Positions 9,055 through 19,211 of a DNA stretch of 64,000 nucleotides are shown here, in pieces. Position numbers and translations under genes: made by a program. Source of the stretch: Leptolyngbyaceae cyanobacterium (lineage in GTDB: Bacteria; Cyanobacteriota; Cyanobacteriia; Phormidesmidales; Phormidesmidaceae); contig CBDHHL010000056.1 in NCBI GenBank assembly GCA_965263355.1, positions 224,001-288,000 of the forward strand, read 5' to 3'. Position 1 is the stretch's first letter. Each line of letters begins with the position of its first letter. The notes under the pieces were generated by a model that searched no databases, was not told where the DNA came from, and was given only the letters and a program-made list of their open reading frames with translations.

Positions 9055-10452
9055 CTATGCAACGGCTAGATGTTCAACCACCTGGCATAGGGTAATGGCC
9101 AGTCTACTTTCAGGCTGCTGTCGGTGGGGGCTTTGGGCTTCAGCAGCAGCTTCACCAATAATCTGATCAATAGTTTGGGTAAGAATAGTTTCGATCGCTG
9201 GCGCTAGTTCAGCCAGTCGTTGTTCTGAGGTATGGTGCCCAGCGGCTTCATAAACACAGTTTTTGATGTTATCTAGGGTGAGCTGACGAATCTCAGACCG
9301 CAGTTCTTTTAGCTTAAGCAGGCGAGTAATTTGCACCTGGTTATTAAAGCTGAGCTGGGGAGAAAATTGCTGGGTGAGTCGAGTTGCGATCGCACCCATC
9401 GATAACCCTTCCTGGTGAAAGAGTCTGACGGCTTCTATATAGGCTTGGGCTTTGTACTGATTGTCGCGTTTTTGCAAGTACTCTACCCGCTGCTGTAGGG
9501 CTTGTTGAATTGCCTGTCGTAAACACCGCTCTAAATTGGCCTGATACTGTTGGAAAAATGCCTGTTGTTCGTCAGCATCATCGGTTTGATTAGACGAATC
9601 CACACTCATATAACGCTCAACTGAAAAATTATCCAATTCATCTAGGAAAATAACATTGCCCAGGGTTTGGACATGGCCGCTACGTCTGTAAATTCGATAC
9701 TGGCGTAACTTATTGGCGAGGTCCTCTAGCTGAACCAATATCTGTTCAGGGGCCTGGTTAACAGCTATTTTCTGGAGTTGTTCATAGGTAGGGCTTTGAC
9801 AACGGCTACCTTGTCGACGGGTTTGCAACTTCAGGTTACGATCCCGACGGTACACCTGATGGTAGCGCTGCAGCAGGGTTTGGGCAGCTTTACGTTCAGT
9901 TTCAGGAAACTGATAAAAGTTTTCAAAAATACGATCTAACTGAGAACAAGTCGTGTCGTTAAGGATTGCCCAATTGCTGATGCGGTAAAGCCCCTGTTCT
10001 AGCAGAAACTCATTTAAACCGCGATGGTTTTTAGTCAGGTGTGTCGTCCAAGTGCTCAGCTTTGCTTTACTAATGCTATAGCGTTCTAAAATCTCTAACG
10101 TAAAGGGGCGATATGAATTTTTCAGACGACCATTGTCATCTAGCACGTAGGGTAATAAGTCTGTGGTCCGAAAGCGATAGTGTTGCCCAAACTGTTGTGC
10201 CAAATGACGGCAAGTATTGTAGATATAATGACTAATAAAACAACGTAAGCTTAGCTCCGCCATGGCTGCATCCGTTCCACCAGCTTGCCAGCGTCTGACA
10301 AGGGTATCTTGCACATGGCGTTCTGACGTATCTTCCAGTTCACTTAAAAAATACTGTTCAAACCAAGTTTGAATATGAGGAAACGACTTGCAAGAGTAAC
10401 GACCAGAGCTTGTGATTTTTGCCAGTTGCCAGTAGTTAGAGAAAGTTTCCAT
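9055..10452 (-). CDS. Conserved cyanobacterial protein, possibly a sigma-like/HetZ-like DNA-binding regulator
   Basis: 465 aa ORF with YWQL, LRCFISH, LSTW, ISNWAILN blocks and a C-terminal GLSMGAIATRL...QITRLLKL HTH-like segment. Confidence 0.5.
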   Translation of the reverse strand: METFSNYWQLAKITSSGRYSCKSFPHIQTWFEQYFLSELEDTSERHVQDTLVRRWQAGGTDAAMAELSLRCFISHYIYNTCRHLAQQFGQHYRFRTTDLLPYVLDDNGRLKNSYRPFTLEILERYSISKAKLSTWTTHLTKNHRGLNEFLLEQGLYRISNWAILNDTTCSQLDRIFENFYQFPETERKAAQTLLQRYHQVYRRDRNLKLQTRRQGSRCQSPTYEQLQKIAVNQAPEQILVQLEDLANKLRQYRIYRRSGHVQTLGNVIFLDELDNFSVERYMSVDSSNQTDDADEQQAFFQQYQANLERCLRQAIQQALQQRVEYLQKRDNQYKAQAYIEAVRLFHQEGLSMGAIATRLTQQFSPQLSFNNQVQITRLLKLKELRSEIRQLTLDNIKNCVYEAAGHHTSEQRLAELAPAIETILTQTIDQIIGEAAAEAQSPHRQQPESRLAITLCQVVEHLAVA

Positions 10453-10738
10453 GGTTCTGAAGATATCTGGTGAGCTGTCAACAATGGAATGTGCTGATGT
10501 TTATCAGCCAGTAGCCTGATATTGATAACAGTAAAATTTTCCAGATTTGGAAACACTAACCCTAAGTGCAGACCAGCACAGCGAAAACGGCGACGCTGGT
10601 TGCAGAAAAGTGCAAGGTCAACTGTACGAGTTTACGAAAACGCCGAAATTAGCAGTGACCTTTGCATAAAACTGCAATATTGCGAGTTGCAATCGACGAT
10701 AAGCTTTGCCTGTAAATGCTTAGAGTAGTGCCTAAATT

Positions 10739-11533
10739 ATGGTTCTACGGACTAATATCGACACTTATGCTGTTATCTGGGCCGACTATCACGAAATGAT
10801 GGTCGCCAATGTGGCCCAGGTGAATGGCGTATTGTTAGGTATCGGTGTGACAATATTTATGGGTAGCGCGATCGCAAATTGGTTTTTTCAGCGGGTAACG
10901 CGGCAGCGGCAACAGGCCTGGCAGTGGTGGCATAGCCAGCAACAGCAACAACAGCACAATCAAGCAGAAACCGTCCGAGATGGTTTACTACAGGAAGCAT
11001 TTGCCCTGCGTCGATATTTTGAAAAAGGTAGCCATGCAATGGATGAACCGGCTGTCTACTTAGAGCAGTTCAACCAGTTTTATCGCTCCTTAGAAAACCT
11101 TAGTAACGAACTCTCACCGCCGTTTGTCGAAGATAGTTTGCCATTAGCCCTACAGTTTTTGCTCAAAAATTATGGACACATCGAAACGAATCTGGAGCTA
11201 GAACTGGACCCAGATTGTGCCTATGATGATCCTGAGCGTAATCGCACTGTCCTATCCATCGTGGCTGAGCTATTGTCTTTACTTGTGCCAGAGGCCCAGA
11301 TGCCAGAGTTGAAGATACCGCTTACCGTACAACTGCGACGTATGGGGACGATGAATAACCTACAGCTCACTAGAAGTATGCTTAACCAGCAATCCAGGGT
11401 GCTCCTATTAAATTCGACCGAAGTGCAGTATCTCAAAGAAATTTTCCATAGCCTGATGTCCGGTACATTGGATATTGATCAGGATGATGTCGAATTAACC
11501 TGTCTACTTAGTTGGCCTGTAAGCAGTAGCTAA
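10739..11533 (+). CDS. Membrane-anchored degenerate histidine-kinase-like protein
   Basis: One TM helix; HisKA_3-like AETVRDGLLQ lacks the His; LSPP..DSLPLAL; degenerate ATPase region. Confidence 0.55.
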   Translation: MVLRTNIDTYAVIWADYHEMMVANVAQVNGVLLGIGVTIFMGSAIANWFFQRVTRQRQQAWQWWHSQQQQQQHNQAETVRDGLLQEAFALRRYFEKGSHAMDEPAVYLEQFNQFYRSLENLSNELSPPFVEDSLPLALQFLLKNYGHIETNLELELDPDCAYDDPERNRTVLSIVAELLSLLVPEAQMPELKIPLTVQLRRMGTMNNLQLTRSMLNQQSRVLLLNSTEVQYLKEIFHSLMSGTLDIDQDDVELTCLLSWPVSSS

Positions 11534-11598
11534 AAGCATTTTTAGTTCGATACTATTTATTAAGTGTGTTTATTTTCCTAACTTAGGAATGTCTCGTC

Positions 11599-12264
11599 AT
11601 GGTTCATGCAGAGGCTCAGGCCCTAACATTTGTTGTATTAGACGATCATGCTGCTGTTTTAGCGGGCACCTGTAGCGTCTTGCAAGAACGGTACCCTGAT
11701 AGTAAGGTTGCAACTGCAAGTACAGTCACTGAAGCCCAAGCACTGATTACCGATGTGCCGCCTGATTTATTTGTCATGGATCTGTCGGTGCCAGTAAACA
11801 CTGGTGATAAGCCCCAGACCCAGGCTGGCTTAGATTTGCTAAAAGCCGTATTGACTAATTATGCGAATCTTAACATCGTGGTGCAGAGTGCCCATGTGCG
11901 ATCGCTAGTGCGATTAAAGCCCATTATCGATACCCATCAAGGTGGCTTTACCATCGCCGACAAAAGTTTGACCAGTAATGAGATGCTCACTAAGGTGGAC
12001 TGGGCATTGAAAGGATTACTCTACACGCCGCCAGAAATGCGCACCGGGTTAGAGGTAAAGTCAGAGTGGCTAAAGGTGATCGAGCTGGCTTTTAAAGAAA
12101 GTTTGACCGATAAAGCCATTGCTGAACGCATGCATGTAGGGGAACGCACCGTACGTTATTACTGGACCCGAGTGCAAGATGCCCTACAGGTCTACCCGGA
12201 TAGTGGCATTAATATTCGCGTACAAACCTATGTGCGGGCACGGGAAGTTGGTTTATTAGATTAG
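11599..12264 (+). CDS. NarL/LuxR-type response regulator
   Basis: VLDDH and VMDLS receiver motifs; TDKAIAERMHVGERTVRYY HTH. Confidence 0.88.
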   Translation: MVHAEAQALTFVVLDDHAAVLAGTCSVLQERYPDSKVATASTVTEAQALITDVPPDLFVMDLSVPVNTGDKPQTQAGLDLLKAVLTNYANLNIVVQSAHVRSLVRLKPIIDTHQGGFTIADKSLTSNEMLTKVDWALKGLLYTPPEMRTGLEVKSEWLKVIELAFKESLTDKAIAERMHVGERTVRYYWTRVQDALQVYPDSGINIRVQTYVRAREVGLLD

Positions 12265-12307
12265 GAGATGCGTCCGGTTGAACAAGGTCTCGGTGGGTTG
12301 ATGTAGT

Positions 12308-14233
12308 ATGGCCATTTTCAAAGACAGACGCATTAATCTGCATAGTGGGGAATTTTCTGGGCTGTCGATTATTGCCATCTTTTTAGCCCTGCGATTACTG
12401 GGCTTTTTGCAAGCCCTCGAATGGGATGTGCTAGATTTTGCCCTGCGTAAGCGACCGGCTGAAATCACTGATGACAAAGTGACAATCGTAAACATTACAG
12501 AAGCCGATATTCAACAATCCCTGACCTATCCCATCGCCGATCAGTCCCTGGCAGAATTGCTAAATCGGCTCCAAACCTATGAACCTCGGGTGATTGGTCT
12601 AGACGTTTTTCGAGACTTTCAGGTCGGTACGGGGTACGACGATTTAGTCGAGGTCTTTACCAATTCAGACAATATTATTGGTATTAAGAAGATTACGTCG
12701 CCGACCATTTCTGGGCCGCCCGCGTTACCCCCAGAGCGCGTGGGGTTTGTGGATGCACCATTAGATGGCGATGGTTTTTTACGACGTAGCCTATTAGGAG
12801 CCCCTGATGAACAGGGTGATTATCAGTTTTCGTTTACGATTCGGCTGGCGGAAAAATACTTAGCTACGGAAGGGCTATCGTTGGAAAATGGGCGGCGTGA
12901 TCCAAAAACGATGCGGTTTGGTAATGCTGAAATCCCCCGTTTTCGGGCTAATACGGGTGGTTATACAAGGGCAGATGATGGTGGCAACCAAACATTGATT
13001 AACTTTCGAGCTGGCGTGCACCCCTTTACAAAGGTGACCTACGGTGAGCTAATGGCTGGCAATGTAGATCCGGCTTTTTTAGAAGATCGGGTGGTTTTGG
13101 TTGGATACGATGCCATCAGTGCCAAGGACTTTGTCAATGTGGCCGCCCTGGCGGGGGCTAATCCTGGACTGGTGCCTGGAGTTGATGTTCAGGCCCACGC
13201 AGTCAGCCAACTAATTAACGCGACCCTCAACAATCGCGCTTTTTTAAGGACGCTCCCCGGATGGACAGAATATGGGCTGTTAATTGCTGGCGGTGTGGTC
13301 GGAATGGTGCTCGCGAGCAAGTGTTTAAGGCCGTCCACCCATTTGATTATTGTTGCTGTTGTGGGGAGTGGATTGGTTGTCGCATTCTACGGCGCTTTGC
13401 TGGCCAGTTGGTGGTTACCGATGGTGCCCGTGATGATTATTTTTAGTTTGAATGCCATGGTGCTCTACCCGATGTATCAGGCCCAGGCCCAGTTGCGATC
13501 GCAGCTAAATCAACGCCAGCAGCTCATCGACTGGACCTTTAGCACCATTCACAATGGCCCGCTCCAAACCCTGGCAAGATTTTTAAAAGAATGGCCCACA
13601 GACAATCAGTACCCTAACATTAGCAAAGCAGATTTAAAGCAACTAAACCAGGAACTGCGCGATCTCTACGATGCCATGCGCCAGGAAATGCTAATGCCCG
13701 GTCAACAGCTAGTACTTAGCCGACAGCAGGTGATTAACCTGGATGAACCCCTAAGAGAATTGCTCTATGAAATTTACAGTAACACCACAAAACGGCGGCA
13801 AGATTTCTTTAAAAACCTATTGCACATTACAGACTTTCAAGAGATCGATGACAGTCGTTTAACCCCAGACCAGAAACGTGACCTGGGACGGTTTCTAGAA
13901 GAAGCCCTGCTAAATGTTTGTAAATACGCCCCAGGGACCACCCGCTTGAAAGTAATGTGTCAACCCGAGGGCGCAGATAACGTTATTCGAGTGATTGATA
14001 ACGGGTCAAATGGGTTACCAGCTACCAATCGAGAAGGGTATGGCACTCGTCAGGCCAAACAATTAGCCCATAGTCTCCAAGGTACATTTGAGCGGCAGCC
14101 GGTTAGCCCTAAAGGCGTACGATGTGAACTACGATGGCCAATTGCTGTCAAACAAAGCTGGTTTGGGTTCGATAAACTAAAACTGCAGGTGCCAGGTATT
14201 CCAACCATGACTGGAAACCGCAAACATCAATGA
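12308..14233 (+). CDS. CHASE2 sensor histidine kinase
   Basis: CHASE2 motifs PRVIGLDVFRD, DGFLRRSLL, PGVDVQAH; 3 TM helices; IHNGPLQ H-box; N-box EEALLNVCKYA; DNG. Confidence 0.85.
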   Translation: MAIFKDRRINLHSGEFSGLSIIAIFLALRLLGFLQALEWDVLDFALRKRPAEITDDKVTIVNITEADIQQSLTYPIADQSLAELLNRLQTYEPRVIGLDVFRDFQVGTGYDDLVEVFTNSDNIIGIKKITSPTISGPPALPPERVGFVDAPLDGDGFLRRSLLGAPDEQGDYQFSFTIRLAEKYLATEGLSLENGRRDPKTMRFGNAEIPRFRANTGGYTRADDGGNQTLINFRAGVHPFTKVTYGELMAGNVDPAFLEDRVVLVGYDAISAKDFVNVAALAGANPGLVPGVDVQAHAVSQLINATLNNRAFLRTLPGWTEYGLLIAGGVVGMVLASKCLRPSTHLIIVAVVGSGLVVAFYGALLASWWLPMVPVMIIFSLNAMVLYPMYQAQAQLRSQLNQRQQLIDWTFSTIHNGPLQTLARFLKEWPTDNQYPNISKADLKQLNQELRDLYDAMRQEMLMPGQQLVLSRQQVINLDEPLRELLYEIYSNTTKRRQDFFKNLLHITDFQEIDDSRLTPDQKRDLGRFLEEALLNVCKYAPGTTRLKVMCQPEGADNVIRVIDNGSNGLPATNREGYGTRQAKQLAHSLQGTFERQPVSPKGVRCELRWPIAVKQSWFGFDKLKLQVPGIPTMTGNRKHQ

Positions 14234-14352
14234 TGGTTTGCGTCAGTAATATAGTCCCTTCGGGTAATGTCCCGTGGTCAAAACTTGTTTATCGTATGTG
14301 CATAAGTTAGGCGTAGTTAGCCCTAAATGTGGTTGCAGTTGTTTTTTCGCTT

Positions 14353-14425
14353 TAAACCACGTCAAAGTTGAAATCTAATGATTCTTCTACAGAAAAACTC
14401 AAGCTCTGGATGTGGACAAAGTTTA
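14353..14425. mobile_element. 73-bp MITE-like element, copy 1
   Basis: TAAACCACGTCAAAGTTGAAA...TGGACAAAGTTTA; same length and consensus as four other copies. Confidence 0.75.
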
Positions 14426-14447
14426 GTTAGCTTCTCAAGGTGCCCTT

Positions 14448-15287
14448 ATGTTCTTTAACCCTGTTTCCAATCTGCTTAAACTATCCCTGGGTTTAAGCGT
14501 ACCTTTCCTGTTATTCAGAACATATGCCTATGGGTCTGTGAGTGCTCCAGTACCTGCACAGGAAATACCTTTGCTCGCCCAATTTAAGTCTGATCCAACT
14601 AGGACAGACCCTTTTGACTCTGATAGCACAACTACAGGCGGGCGATATTTTCAGCCACCGTCGGATATCACAGACTTTGACGGGGCTCGAACCACCACCG
14701 GCACCCGTAGCGGTAGCTGCTCTAATGTTACCGACGGAGTTGTATTCTCTGGTTTAGGGCCACGGTCTACAGTAGGACTAACTACCAGTGTTCGTCCTGA
14801 GTTTGTCTGGTATATGACAGAGATAGCCGCAGAGTCACCTGTTCTGTTTCGGTTGTTGGAACTCGATGAAGCGGGTCAACCCAATGTTGTCGATAGTGTT
14901 GAGCTTTCTGCCCAGGCTGGCTTTATGCGCTATCAACTGCCTGATACTGTATCGCCCCTTGAAGTTGGTAAAGACTACCTGTGGCAGGTAATTGTCAGAT
15001 GTGATCCTGCGCGGTCCAGCTTTTGGGCCAGTACTCTATCCCTGCAGGTTGTTACCCCTAGCCCGGAACTAACCGATGCCCTAGCTACTGCAACAACTGA
15101 TGCTGAGCAGGCGAGAATATATGGCAATGCTGGTATTTGGTACAATGCGTTAGCATTAGTGTCTACCGGTACCAATAATGTAGAGACAGAAGTGCGTACA
15201 GGACTATTGCAAGACCTAGCCACCCTAGAGAGCGATGACGCAATCTTTAGCACCACACTGATGACCATCGTTGAACAGACTAAATAA
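14448..15287 (+). CDS. DUF928 domain protein
   Basis: TGTRSGSC, GLTTSVRPEFVWY, LEVGKDYLW, YGNAGIWYNAL. Confidence 0.85.
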   Translation: MFFNPVSNLLKLSLGLSVPFLLFRTYAYGSVSAPVPAQEIPLLAQFKSDPTRTDPFDSDSTTTGGRYFQPPSDITDFDGARTTTGTRSGSCSNVTDGVVFSGLGPRSTVGLTTSVRPEFVWYMTEIAAESPVLFRLLELDEAGQPNVVDSVELSAQAGFMRYQLPDTVSPLEVGKDYLWQVIVRCDPARSSFWASTLSLQVVTPSPELTDALATATTDAEQARIYGNAGIWYNALALVSTGTNNVETEVRTGLLQDLATLESDDAIFSTTLMTIVEQTK

Positions 15288-15336
15288 GAGGGCTCAATAA
15301 AGGTTCTCCCCTACCAGGGGAGAATTGCAAGAAAAT

Positions 15337-15370
15337 TATCGAAGGGCATCCACAAGGGAGTGCCCCTACA
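15337..15370. repeat. REP-like palindromic repeat
   Basis: TATCGAAGGGCATCCACAAGGGAGTGCCCCTACA; an inverted similar copy lies at 41560-41593. Confidence 0.6.
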
Positions 15371-15417
15371 GGATTGTCTATTTTTAATCGGGTTTAATAA
15401 ATTCGGATTTGGTAGGG

Positions 15418-16134
15418 CTAATCAGTCTTTACAGGTTGTGCCATACTACACAGACTATTTAGTTGCTGTATGACTTGCTTTGCTTGGGGTTGTTGGCCGC
15501 TGGCATTTAAGTACCACAACGCATCTAGATAGTATTCTATAGCCACATCTGGGTGATTAGTAATCTCAGCAATGTCAGCGATTTTACACATTACCGTTGC
15601 CATGCGACTTTGCGTTTGTTTATTGGGTGTGGGCAAAGACCTGTAGGCCTCTAATGACGCCCTAAATGAAGCCAGCGCAAAAAGATAATAGCGTTGAGTA
15701 TGGTAGATTTTGCCCATCATTCCCAGGACAATTGCAGCGCAATATTGGCCCTGTTGTTGATCCACATCCACAAGAATATCGCTAAGTTGTAACCCCCGTT
15801 CTAGGATGTTAAGGGCGACTTGGTGCTGGTACCGACGACTATAACGCAGACCTAAACGGCAGAGTCGCAAGATTTCGACCTTTAAATGAACAGATAGAGA
15901 TGGGTCAGCGTCTGACTCTACACGGTTTTCTAATGCATAGTTCAGGGCGTCTAGGCGCTCAGTGAGTTGCAGGGCGGCGTCTTGGTCATCGTCGTGTTGG
16001 AACGCTTCAATCGCGTTCAGGTAGTCCAGGCAAGCTTGATCTAAATTCCCAAACTGAATATGCAGATAACCAAGGGTCTGGTGATAGCGACCATCTGAGT
16101 ACATGGGGTAGACGTCCCTTTCTGAGGTACACAC
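15418..16134 (-). CDS. TPR-like repeat protein
   Basis: Helical repeats (LGYLHIQFGNLDQACLDY, MGKIYHTQRYYLFALASF); same strand as, and directly downstream of, the CHAT gene. Confidence 0.6.
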   Translation of the reverse strand: MCTSERDVYPMYSDGRYHQTLGYLHIQFGNLDQACLDYLNAIEAFQHDDDQDAALQLTERLDALNYALENRVESDADPSLSVHLKVEILRLCRLGLRYSRRYQHQVALNILERGLQLSDILVDVDQQQGQYCAAIVLGMMGKIYHTQRYYLFALASFRASLEAYRSLPTPNKQTQSRMATVMCKIADIAEITNHPDVAIEYYLDALWYLNASGQQPQAKQVIQQLNSLCSMAQPVKTD

Positions 16135-16274
16135 TTATTACTCGTGCTGAAAAACTGAAAGTTATACATTTTTTGTTGGGTAAAAGAGACTATCAGTAAC
16201 CAACCTGTCTATGGCCCCCCTCCCGAGAGGAGATATATTGGCACATTGTCTCACCCTCAAGTTTGAGCTTGACG

Positions 16275-19151
16275 CTATAGCCAATTCCCCAACAAAATAA
16301 AGGGCGACCAGTAGTAAGGATGACTGGTGGACGGGTTATTTAGTATCTCAAGTTGAGCCTGCTGCAGAGCTTTAGCCTTATCAATATTCATCTGAACCAG
16401 CTGTTGATAAAATTCACCCATCAGTTCAGAGGTACTATCATCATCCACAGCCCAGAGCGTGGCCAATGTACTTCGTGCCCCTGAACGGGTGGCTACACCC
16501 GCTAAACCCAAAACAGCCCGCTCATCTCCGTCTGCTGTTTCACATGCACTTAAAATCAGCAACTCTAGCTCACGGGTACGGCTGAGTTCACTGGTTTTTA
16601 ATAGCTGGCTGAGCTGATTGACATTGAGTGTATTACCCCAAGTAAGAATGAAGGTATCTTCTGGTTTTTCACCAAACTTTCCATGGGTAGCAATATGGAC
16701 AATGGGGGCAGATGATGTGGCAATGCCATATTCCAAGGCTTCATTGGTCACTTCCTCGTTGAGGAGGGTGTCACTTTCCACAACGCCCTTGATACTTTCT
16801 AACTCAGTTTCAACTCCAGTTAAAGGACCAAACTGAGGAAGAAAGACCTCCTGAGCTTTAGAAACACCCGCTAAAAACGCTTTGATCTCGTCGCGGGCAA
16901 TGGGTTTTGGGTCTATTAGCTGCAGCCCAGGAGTTAAGGCAATGGCATACTTCTCAACGAGATACTGGTCTCCGTCATAAAGTGCGGCCATCGATACGTT
17001 CCGCAAGCTACCATCCAGCACGAATACTAGGGTGTCAACACCAGCCTGTTGTAAGTCATCCTCCATAGGGGCCATTAGCCACTGATACAGCTGTTGAGAG
17101 GATGGCCCGATATCATCGACAAATGCAGGGATAGGAAGCGTTGGCGTAAACTCAGATTGTTTAACTGAAGATTGTTTAGCAGATGCTCTGTGAGGTGCCG
17201 CGCTAAATTGATCGCGAACACCAGCCCCCCAGATAGTTATGGCTGCCTTAAGTTCTGCCTCAGAGACCAGGGTGGTGTATCGAGAGATTTTGTCGGCAAA
17301 GCTCACAATGATTTCGAGGCGGTCTGGCAAGATAATGGGATAAATAACAGCTGTGGTTGCATCCGCTACACTATCCAGGTCAACACTTTGTAATTCCAGA
17401 CAGGCTTCGCGAAAGAAATTATCAAGTTCTGCTAACTGTAAGGATTCGAGCACCTGTCGGGCTTCTTTCAAATTGTTCTCGTAGTTAGCATCGGTTTGCT
17501 CGGTACGCAGTAGTAAATCAATAAATTCACGATAAATCGGTTCTACCTTTTGCTGAAAATTAAAGGAGGCATCAGCGCCTTTGGCAGCAATATCTTTACG
17601 GAGTAAGTTAGTGGTGTTTACCGCTGCGCGACAGGCTTTGATAGCTTCGGTTTGACTTGTCTCTGTAGTGTCTGTGTTTTGTAAAATCTGACAGAGTTGT
17701 TCCTGCAGCTGGTATTCTACATCGTACAGATTAGCGCTCTGGGCTAGCTTCAAGGCCGTTAAGGTTTGTTGTTTGGCAATATCCCATTGTTGAGTTTGGG
17801 TGTAGAGTTGCCCCAATGTGCTCAGGGTATAGGTTTGAGCCTTAATATCTCCAAGGGTATCGGCAGCGGCATAGGTCTCTAGCAGCAGTGTGGCGATCGC
17901 ATCTCCCGATGGTAACCTCTCCACTACCCCTAATAACGGCTCTAGCCCTGCTTGCTGCGTTCCAGTAAGGGATGTTTCACTGATTACTTCAGGGGTGACA
18001 GCGGTGTTGTCGGACGTGATTGTTGTATCTAACGGTAATTCCTCCAGAGGGGTAAGCTCAGATTCATTTTCCTGGGCGACGGCGTTATCTAAGGCCTGAT
18101 CGACCGCTTGCCGTAGTGTTAATAGCGTTTGCCCAAAGGTGATGCGGGTGTAGATGGTTTCGCGGTTTGGGGGTTGGGTTTGTAGTTGATTGACGAGGGG
18201 CGGTAGTACGGTTGCGATCGCATCCCATTCCGAACGCTTCACTAATACCTTAAGCTGATTTACCTGGGCCGCTAACCCTGGCTGTTGATCAGTGGCTTCT
18301 GTGGCCAGTTGATAACTCATCAGGGCTGCGTCGTCGTCGCCCTGGGCTTCGGCCAAGGTGCCAAGGCTAGTGTAAATACGGCTTACGGCGGTTGGGGCTA
18401 CTTGTTTAGCCAGTTCCAGGGCCAGCGTTAGCTGCTCTGCTGCCTGGTCTAACTGTCCTGTTAATCGCAGCAGGTCACCATATAACCGCAGGGCGTCCAC
18501 AGTGACCGCATCATCGGGTTGTTCTGTCAGGGTAACTTGGGCTAACCCCAGGGCTCGACTGTAAAAGCCCGCTGCCAACAAGGTGCGAGCTTGATTCACC
18601 TGGGCCTGAACGCTTTGACGAGGTTGTTCCCCTTGGGCATAGGCTATCGCTGCCGCTGCCCATGTCATTTCTGCCTCGTTAGTATTTCCCTGGGCCACCA
18701 GTAACTGCCCTTGCGCTGATAATACTTGACCGCGGCTGGCCCATACACTGGGGGGGGCATCGTCAGCCGCTGGCACTAGTTCAAGGGCGGTGTCGATGGT
18801 GGTTGATGCCGCTGACCATTGGCCCAACTGTTGATAGCTTAAGGAAAGATTGGCGAAAGCTAAGGCTGCTCCCACAGGCTGGTCCTGAGCCATATATTGA
18901 TTGGCCAATTGCTGAAATACGTCCACGGCGGCTTGGTAGTCCCCGGCTTCATAGGCCGCTCGGCCCTGTTGTTCCAGACTGTTATCTAGCTGCACGGGGA
19001 GATCTATCTGGCTGTGGATATGGCTGCTGGCCACCGCTGTTGTCACTAAGGCAGGCAACAACATACAGCATAGGGCGGTGAGTATGGCCAAAATGGCCAA
19101 CCTACTACGGCGAAATTGTCGATGGGATGGATGGGGGAATTGCGATCGCAT
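16275..19151 (-). CDS. TPR-CHAT (caspase-like) protease with signal peptide
   Basis: N-terminal hydrophobic signal, TPR repeats, IVHIATHG and LILSACETA catalytic His/Cys, HPYYWSPFILLGNWL C-terminus. Confidence 0.92.
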   Translation of the reverse strand: MRSQFPHPSHRQFRRSRLAILAILTALCCMLLPALVTTAVASSHIHSQIDLPVQLDNSLEQQGRAAYEAGDYQAAVDVFQQLANQYMAQDQPVGAALAFANLSLSYQQLGQWSAASTTIDTALELVPAADDAPPSVWASRGQVLSAQGQLLVAQGNTNEAEMTWAAAAIAYAQGEQPRQSVQAQVNQARTLLAAGFYSRALGLAQVTLTEQPDDAVTVDALRLYGDLLRLTGQLDQAAEQLTLALELAKQVAPTAVSRIYTSLGTLAEAQGDDDAALMSYQLATEATDQQPGLAAQVNQLKVLVKRSEWDAIATVLPPLVNQLQTQPPNRETIYTRITFGQTLLTLRQAVDQALDNAVAQENESELTPLEELPLDTTITSDNTAVTPEVISETSLTGTQQAGLEPLLGVVERLPSGDAIATLLLETYAAADTLGDIKAQTYTLSTLGQLYTQTQQWDIAKQQTLTALKLAQSANLYDVEYQLQEQLCQILQNTDTTETSQTEAIKACRAAVNTTNLLRKDIAAKGADASFNFQQKVEPIYREFIDLLLRTEQTDANYENNLKEARQVLESLQLAELDNFFREACLELQSVDLDSVADATTAVIYPIILPDRLEIIVSFADKISRYTTLVSEAELKAAITIWGAGVRDQFSAAPHRASAKQSSVKQSEFTPTLPIPAFVDDIGPSSQQLYQWLMAPMEDDLQQAGVDTLVFVLDGSLRNVSMAALYDGDQYLVEKYAIALTPGLQLIDPKPIARDEIKAFLAGVSKAQEVFLPQFGPLTGVETELESIKGVVESDTLLNEEVTNEALEYGIATSSAPIVHIATHGKFGEKPEDTFILTWGNTLNVNQLSQLLKTSELSRTRELELLILSACETADGDERAVLGLAGVATRSGARSTLATLWAVDDDSTSELMGEFYQQLVQMNIDKAKALQQAQLEILNNPSTSHPYYWSPFILLGNWL

Positions 19152-19211
19152 AGTCTTTCCTCACGTAAAGCCAACTAGGGGTAGGTCAGAATTAGGTCAA
19201 CATTAGGTCTC

